Of a DNA stretch of 64,000 nt, positions 58,268 through 64,000 are shown in pieces (position 1 is the first letter of the stretch; each line of letters starts with the position of its first letter). This DNA comes from a bacterium. Its GTDB lineage: Bacteria; Krumholzibacteriota; Krumholzibacteriia; G020349025. The notes under the pieces are model-generated. The model saw only the letters and a program-made list of their open reading frames with translations, made no database searches and was not told the origin of the DNA. The stretch lies in NCBI GenBank assembly GCA_031362565.1, contig JANLSU010000069.1:32001-96000 (forward strand), in the 5' to 3' direction. The translations under genes were made by a program, and so were the position numbers.

Positions 58268-59492
58268 GGTTGTGCCCTGGAGATTGTTTCCGCCGCGGGT
58301 GCAGAGGACCGTCGACCTCACGAGTTCGTCCCGTCAGAAGGCGTATGTGAGTGAGTGCGGTGTATTGCGCGGCAGCGCCGGTGTCTGCACGAGCCGCCTG
58401 TAGTATTCGTCCCAGCGGTTGGGTAGTTCCGTTCGAGTTCGGAACAATCGTGTTTCAAAGACATCCCGCACCTTGAGCGGCGACTCGAGCAACCCCTTGA
58501 GCATGGCCGGCGTCCGGCGTTCGCTCTTTTCCCAGCGCCGCTTCATGTAGTTACGCCACACGATGAAGATGGCAAGGCGCTCTGCCGAAGCCTGGCGGCG
58601 CTTGGACCAAGCAAGGGTCTCGCGCCGGTGGTTGGCTTGGCTGTGCCGGAGGAGCAGGTCGACCAGGTTGATCTCGAAGAGCGGGTTGTGTGCATCACGC
58701 CGGGCCCGGGACGAGGTGATTTCATGCTCGACCGGGCATCCGAGAGTCGCCAACGCCCGGGGATAGGCGTGGTGATCGTCGCTCCGGATGGTGAGCGCCG
58801 GCACCTTGCTGAACGCTGCTTGGAGCACGTGCGCCACATCCTTCTCGACGGCTTTGGGGTCCGGCCTGCCGAGGCGTGCCTCGAGCTGTTCGCGCCGGCG
58901 CTTTTGCCGGCTCGTCATGCGGCCCTTGCGGCGCAGTGGACTGTCGGTGAAGTGCTGGATGAACCCCGTGTCGACCTCGGCGAGCAGATGATGCTGGAAC
59001 GGGAAGAATTGGCTGTACTCGAACGACTCGAAGCTGTCGAGGACGACCGGGCCCTGGGGACTGGCTCCCCGCGCCAACTGGGTGTGCAGAAGCAGGCAGT
59101 GCCGCCCGATGCGCGCCAGGGTGCGATCGATCGTGGAGGGCGCCGCCAGCACGTCACGCGCGATCTGCCGGTTGGCCATGCCGCCCACGGCCTTCATGAA
59201 GATCTGGCTCGGCAGATCTGGACGCTTGAGCCAGTAGGTCGTCGAGAACGTCTGCTTGCTGAAGGAACGGCGGCAACACAAGCATGTAAACCGCGGCACC
59301 ACTTGCGGGGTGCTCTGACGGTGGTAGAACCCCGCCCGCTTCCAGCGCCAGCCGGCCGCCAACTCGCGGTGGTACGAGCACTTGGGGTTCGGGCAGAAGG
59401 GCGGTTCGAACCGTGATTCCTCTTTGATGACGGTCGCCATAGACCGCCATCCATGCACCCTTCACACCAAGCACATTCTCCGCGGCACAACC
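58268..59492 (-). mobile_element. IS1-family-like insertion sequence, 1225 bp
   Basis: terminal inverted repeats GGTTGTGCCCTGGAGATTGT (58268-87) and ACATTCTCCGCGGCACAACC (59473-92), 17/20 match, flanking one transposase ORF. Confidence 0.8.
58334..59440 (-). CDS. transposase, IS1-like (Zn ribbon, HTH, DDE-type core)
   Basis: CPNPKC..C..C, NRQIARDV HTH, LDSFES, RSDDHHAYPRA, WRNYMK..TPAM..GL. Confidence 0.8.
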   Translation of the reverse strand: MATVIKEESRFEPPFCPNPKCSYHRELAAGWRWKRAGFYHRQSTPQVVPRFTCLCCRRSFSKQTFSTTYWLKRPDLPSQIFMKAVGGMANRQIARDVLAAPSTIDRTLARIGRHCLLLHTQLARGASPQGPVVLDSFESFEYSQFFPFQHHLLAEVDTGFIQHFTDSPLRRKGRMTSRQKRRREQLEARLGRPDPKAVEKDVAHVLQAAFSKVPALTIRSDDHHAYPRALATLGCPVEHEITSSRARRDAHNPLFEINLVDLLLRHSQANHRRETLAWSKRRQASAERLAIFIVWRNYMKRRWEKSERRTPAMLKGLLESPLKVRDVFETRLFRTRTELPNRWDEYYRRLVQTPALPRNTPHSLTYAF

Positions 59493-59648
59493 GAAGTCTT
59501 TCGCCGGTTCCAGTCACGGCTTGACTGCCACGCGCGGCGCCTGCAGACTCTAGGCGTCAGGTTGAGATCGGATGTCCGTGGGCTGGGGGGGACGCCGCCC
59601 AGTTCGGTGGGCACGCATGTACTACATCATCGAGAAGGAGTCTGCCCC

Positions 59649-60356
59649 GTGCGCACATCGCTCTCGCTTTCCATCGCTCTCGCTTTGCTCGTTCAAGCGA
59701 CCTCGGCTGTCGCCGTCGTCACCACGATCCGGACTGGCCAGGTCGCGGGGGTCCCAGGATCTTGCAATGGGAACGACGACACTTTCCGCTTCTACGCACC
59801 GAACCCCAACTGCGGACAGCCGATTCTGTCTACCGCATTCGCAGCTGCCGACTTCAATGCCGCCTGCGCGGGGCCGCAAGCTGTTGTCATCCAACCACTC
59901 AACGGAGTCTGGACCTCGAGTCTCGACTGCGATGCCGACGCGCGTTGGATCTCTACCGCAACCAATCCCGGCAGCTGCTTCGGCGCCCCGACCTCCGCTT
60001 TGTACTGTGCACGGTTCGACGCCAACTGCACCGTCGCCGACAGCGTTCGGATCTGCTGGGCCGTGGACGATTTCCTTGGCGATCCGCCGTCCTTCCCGGG
60101 ACCGAATCCGGACGGGATTTACATCAACGGCACGAGCCTCGGCGCGGCCTTCAGCGGTCCCGGCTCCAATCCCACCTACACCGCCGTGGCCACCAACGTC
60201 CCGTTGATCAACGGCTTCAACAGCCTCGAGGTCTATCAGCGGGACGCAGGTTGTGGACTTGGTGGGCTGATCCTGAGCGCCAACATCTACACGCACTGCG
60301 GTACCGTGCAAACCGAATCGATGAAATGGGGAATGATCAAGTCGCTGTACCGCTGA
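59649..60356 (+). CDS. secreted Cys-rich jelly-roll-like protein with WxxxKxxYR tail
   Basis: AAGGAG RBS, GTG start; signal peptide; ARWIS, AVDD..IYING, GFNSLEV; ends VQTESMKWGMIKSLYR. Confidence 0.8.
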   Translation: MRTSLSLSIALALLVQATSAVAVVTTIRTGQVAGVPGSCNGNDDTFRFYAPNPNCGQPILSTAFAAADFNAACAGPQAVVIQPLNGVWTSSLDCDADARWISTATNPGSCFGAPTSALYCARFDANCTVADSVRICWAVDDFLGDPPSFPGPNPDGIYINGTSLGAAFSGPGSNPTYTAVATNVPLINGFNSLEVYQRDAGCGLGGLILSANIYTHCGTVQTESMKWGMIKSLYR

Positions 60357-60382
60357 TCGGTGCTGCCGCATCGAAACGGCAC

Positions 60383-60416
60383 CGGCCTCCTCCGCGGTTG
60401 CGCGGGGGAGGCCGTT
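60383..60416 (+). terminator. hairpin downstream of the Cys-rich protein gene
   Basis: CGGCCTCCTCCGCG-GTTG-CGCGGGGGAGGCCG. Confidence 0.55.
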
Positions 60417-60445
60417 CTGCGACTGAGCGGAAGGAGGCGCACTCC

Positions 60446-61321
60446 ATGCATCCGTCCCGTGTGGGAACAGGTATTCTCACCGTCGTGCTCGCACTCTGTG
60501 GTTCACCACATGCGACGCGGGCGGGTACCAGGGACTCGCTCACCGTCGCTACGCTTAATCTCTGGCATGACCAGCGCGATTGGCCCAAGCGCCTGAATGT
60601 GATCGTGGCCGAAATGCGCCGCCTTCGACCCGATGTGCTGTGCCTCCAGGAAGTTCTGCAGAACCCGAACCTCCCGAATCAGGCGGAAACGCTCGGTGAC
60701 AGCCTTGGCTGTCAGGTGCAGTTCGCGTCGGTCGACGGCCCCGAACGCCCCAAGCGCTACGGCAACGCGATTCTCACGCCCCATTCGGTCCGGGTGGGGG
60801 AGTCCCGCAACCTTGCGCCGGCCGACGACTATCGAGCCGTCGCTCACGTGCGATTCGACTGGCATGGCCGCGCGGTCGACGCCTATTCGACGCACCTCCA
60901 CCACACGACTGAAGGCGGCGCGATTCGCGCCACCCAGATCCGCCACCTGCTCGCGTACGTCGACTCGACGCGCGGCGACGGGCCCGTGGTGATCGCGGGC
61001 GACTTCAACTGTGAGCTGGGATCGGCCGAGATGAGTCTCGTCACGGTGCGATACGACGACGTGTTCCACGCCGTGCATCCAAAGATGAGCCGCGCCGAGG
61101 CGACGACCTACAGCGCGCGCTTCGGCGTCGACCCCGGCGTGATCGACCACATTTTCGTCGAGCGGCGCGGTGCGAAGCCGCAGCCGCTCATCCCGCTCGC
61201 ATGTCAAGTGATCTTCAATTCCGTCGGTCCCGACAGCGTGTGGGCGTCGGATCATTTCGGAGTAGTGGCGACGTTGGGGGGAGGGACGGTGGCGAAGGGA
61301 CGTGGCAGCGGCGACAAATGA
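60446..61321 (+). CDS. secreted endonuclease/exonuclease/phosphatase (EEP) family protein
   Basis: AAGGAGG RBS; TLNLW, LQEV, GNAILT, THL, AGDFN, IDHIF, SDHFGV. Confidence 0.92.
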   Translation: MHPSRVGTGILTVVLALCGSPHATRAGTRDSLTVATLNLWHDQRDWPKRLNVIVAEMRRLRPDVLCLQEVLQNPNLPNQAETLGDSLGCQVQFASVDGPERPKRYGNAILTPHSVRVGESRNLAPADDYRAVAHVRFDWHGRAVDAYSTHLHHTTEGGAIRATQIRHLLAYVDSTRGDGPVVIAGDFNCELGSAEMSLVTVRYDDVFHAVHPKMSRAEATTYSARFGVDPGVIDHIFVERRGAKPQPLIPLACQVIFNSVGPDSVWASDHFGVVATLGGGTVAKGRGSGDK

Positions 61322-61380
61322 CCCCCGCCTGTGAAATCGCGAGCCAAGCTACCATCGAATCCAAAGGAGCATGACACAGG

Positions 61381-61824
61381 ATGAAGGCCCAACCGTTTGT
61401 TGTGACCCCTGAAGACTACGATCCAGCCTTGAACGTGCTCGGTATCAAGGTGACAGTGTTGGCGTCGAATGATGCGACAGGCGCCTACGAGATCACCCGG
61501 CAGCAGGGCGAGCCGGGGATGGGTCCACCGCCGCACAGCCACGACTGGGACGAATCGTTCTATGTCATCGCGGGCGACGTCGAGTTCACCTGCTCTGGCA
61601 AGACGGTTGCGTGCAAGCCCGGTACTCTGGTGCACGTGCCCGCCGGCACCGTGCATACCTTTCGTTACCTGTCCGACGGCTGCGATGTGCTCGAATTTAC
61701 CGGCCAGGGCGGCACTGCCACGCAGATGTTCTCAGCCGTCAACAGGGAGACCTCCCTCGGTCCCGCTGAGATGCCGCGGCTGTTGGACGTGTTGAAGGAA
61801 AACGGCGTATCCGTGCAACTGTAA
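61381..61824 (+). CDS. cupin domain protein
   Basis: AAGGAG RBS; GPPPHSHDWDESFYV..G, VPAGTVHTF. Confidence 0.9.
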   Translation: MKAQPFVVTPEDYDPALNVLGIKVTVLASNDATGAYEITRQQGEPGMGPPPHSHDWDESFYVIAGDVEFTCSGKTVACKPGTLVHVPAGTVHTFRYLSDGCDVLEFTGQGGTATQMFSAVNRETSLGPAEMPRLLDVLKENGVSVQL

Positions 61825-62029
61825 CGGTACGGTTCGTTCCTGACGGCTGCCGCCATCACCGCCCAGCCGCAGCTGTCGGCGAACCTATACGTTTTCTTGA
61901 GGCGTTTATTCCGATACTCGGAGTAGACGTCGGCATCCGACGCGCGCGGCGGAAGTGGGCTATGCCTCACCGCACGTCTGCAGTCCCATCAAAGGGTGGG
62001 ACGAAGGTCAGGAAGTCGGAGGCTTTCCC

Positions 62030-62971
62030 ATGACGATCCAATCGCGACTGAAGGGCTCGGTCGGAATATTCGTTGGGGCGATCGGTCTACTCGTTGCCCT
62101 GCTGGCGATTTTGCACAATTACAGAGAGGCGGATCCCGTCGCGCAGCTCGAGTTCAAACACCAGCGGATCGCTCTCGTCGAAGGGATCCGGCTGGCGTTG
62201 TCCACCGCGTCGGAAGCCGAGAAGAGCGCCGCCATGGCCATTAGCGACCGGGAATCGCAAACCTTTGCCGATCAGGCCCGGGCTGCCGCCGATGCCGTGG
62301 TCCAAGGCCGCGAAGAACTCGCGCGACTTCTGGAAGCCGGCGGCAACCGGAACGAGGTGGATCTCCTCGCCAGCTTTTCGCCGGCCTTTGCCGACTACCG
62401 ACGCATCGACCGGAAGATCTTGGAACTGGCCGTCAAGAACACGAATCTCAAGGTCTACGCCCTGGCGTTCGGCCCGGCTGCGGAGTGTATCCACAAGATG
62501 GTCCAGGCGCTGTCTTCCATCCTCACTGAGAACGCCGATTCAACCTCGCCGCAGGCCCGACAGGTGATGTTGCTGGCGGCGCGGGCCACGATCGGGGCGC
62601 TGCGGATTCAAGCGAATCTCGCCCCGCACATTTCCGAGGCAAGTGACCAAAAGATGGACGATTTGGAAGCGTCGATCGCCGCGGACGACAAGGACGTCCA
62701 GAGCGATCTCGATGGTCTGGCCGCGCTCATTCCCACTGACAAGAGCACCCGTTTGCAGAAGGCGTCGACGTTGTATGCCCGGTTCGCCGAGCTGAGGACC
62801 CAGATTCTCGATCTCTCGCGCCAGAACACGAACGTCCGATCCTTGACCATGTCCCTCAACGAGAAGCGCTTGGCGGTCGTGAAATGCCAAGATATCCTGA
62901 CTGCCCTTGAACAGGCCATTCAAGATGAGCCCGTCGCCGACCGAACCCCGGCCAACCCGCGCAAGATTTAG
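62030..62971 (+). CDS. membrane-anchored four-helix-bundle (MCP sensor-like) protein without signalling domain
   Basis: one N-terminal TM helix; AEK..A.SD..S..FA, ILELAVKNTN / ILDLSRQNTN internal duplication. Confidence 0.7.
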   Translation: MTIQSRLKGSVGIFVGAIGLLVALLAILHNYREADPVAQLEFKHQRIALVEGIRLALSTASEAEKSAAMAISDRESQTFADQARAAADAVVQGREELARLLEAGGNRNEVDLLASFSPAFADYRRIDRKILELAVKNTNLKVYALAFGPAAECIHKMVQALSSILTENADSTSPQARQVMLLAARATIGALRIQANLAPHISEASDQKMDDLEASIAADDKDVQSDLDGLAALIPTDKSTRLQKASTLYARFAELRTQILDLSRQNTNVRSLTMSLNEKRLAVVKCQDILTALEQAIQDEPVADRTPANPRKI

Positions 62972-63041
62972 CTGCTGCCTCACGCGCCGGTCTTCCCATC
63001 GGCAGCTTGACCGGTGCAGAGCCGCCTCGTAGGCTGCCACG

Positions 63042-64000
63042 ATGCTCAGTCCTGGCACCAAAGTCGGCCCCTACGAAGTCATCGCGCCGCTCGGCGCGGG
63101 CGGCATGGGGGAAGTGTATCGCGGGCGCGACTCGCGGCTTGGGCGCGAAGTCGCGCTCAAGGTGCTGCCCGAGGCCTTCGCGCGCGATGCCGAGCGTCTG
63201 GCGCGCTTCGAGCGCGAGGGCAAACTCTTGGCGACGCTCAATCATCCCAATGTGGCGGTGATCTACGGCGTCGAACGCGATGGCGATCGCCTGTGCTTGG
63301 CCCTCGAGCTGATTGCCGGTGAGTCACTGGCTGAACGGCTGCGTCACGGTGCGTTGCAGGCCGATGAGGCGTACGACATTGCAGCGCACGTCGCGAGTGC
63401 ACTCGAGGCGGCGCACGATGCCGGCGTCATTCATCGCGACTTGAAGCCGGGCAACGTCATGGTGCGCCCGGACGGCATCGCCAAAGTGCTCGATTTCGGG
63501 CTGGCGCGTGGGCCCGTCGACGGCGCTCTACCGGCCGACCTGGCGCAGTCGCCGACGATGACAAGCCCGGCGACCGCATTCGGCGTTATCCTTGGCACCG
63601 CTGCCTACATGAGTCCCGAGCAAGCGCGCGGCCGCGCCGTGGACCGCCGTTCGGATTTGTGGGCGTGGGGCTGCTTGCTGTACGAGTGTCTTACCGGCCG
63701 GCGTGCCTTTCCCGGCGAGGACATGTCGGAGACTATTGCTTCAATCTTGAAGAGTGAACCCGATTGGAGCGCGCTACCGGCCGGGACGCCACCACGCGTC
63801 CAGGAACTGCTGCAACGTTGCTTGCGCAAGGACGCGAGGGAGCGCTTGCGCGATGCCGGCGATGCGCGCTTGCTCTTGGCCGAAGCGCGTGTTCCCATTC
63901 CATCGGCGGCACCGGCGGTTGCGGCGAGCACAGCGCGCGGGCGCGCCTGGCTCTGGCCGGTTGCGCTTCTCGTGCTCGTTGCGGCTGCACTCGGTGGTTC
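63042..64000 (+). CDS. Ser/Thr protein kinase, truncated by window end
   Basis: ATG63042 MLSPGTKVGPYEV; GAGGMG, HRDLKPGN, DFG, YMSPE; TM helix starts at the edge; absent from the ORF track because there is no stop. Confidence 0.92.
   Translation, partial: MLSPGTKVGPYEVIAPLGAGGMGEVYRGRDSRLGREVALKVLPEAFARDAERLARFEREGKLLATLNHPNVAVIYGVERDGDRLCLALELIAGESLAERLRHGALQADEAYDIAAHVASALEAAHDAGVIHRDLKPGNVMVRPDGIAKVLDFGLARGPVDGALPADLAQSPTMTSPATAFGVILGTAAYMSPEQARGRAVDRRSDLWAWGCLLYECLTGRRAFPGEDMSETIASILKSEPDWSALPAGTPPRVQELLQRCLRKDARERLRDAGDARLLLAEARVPIPSAAPAVAASTARGRAWLWPVALLVLVAAALGG

Noticed and set aside
59762..60445. Long N-terminal extension of the EEP ORF
   Set aside because: Overlaps the Cys-rich gene and its terminator; RBS and signal peptide support ATG60446.

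Overview
GC-rich bacterial chromosomal DNA with about 50 accessory-type genes and no core operons, CRISPR array, prophage or intact RNA gene. The content fits a diderm of the FCB-affiliated candidate lineages (Eisenbacteria/Krumholzibacteriota-like; inference only). It includes a TonB-dependent receptor, five Hanks-type Ser/Thr kinases, several secreted proteins ending in an FlgD-Ig/T9SS-type C-terminal domain, and a PorU/gingipain-like C25 protein. The most striking signal is an exactly spaced terminal motif, V-x6-W-[SG]-x-[IV]-K-x-x-Y-R-stop, on three unrelated signal-peptide proteins (thioester-domain, Kelch-like, Cys-rich), a candidate short protein-sorting signal. The C25 protein lacks both predicted catalytic residues and is fused in frame to an upstream DUF4403-like gene. 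Other points: an IS1-like element with 20-bp terminal inverted repeats, a 5' tRNA fragment next to an attC-like site, two apparent ACG start codons, a degenerate stand-alone HNH domain, several frameshifted genes and mosaics of gene relics. All calls come from reading the sequence; no database searches were run.
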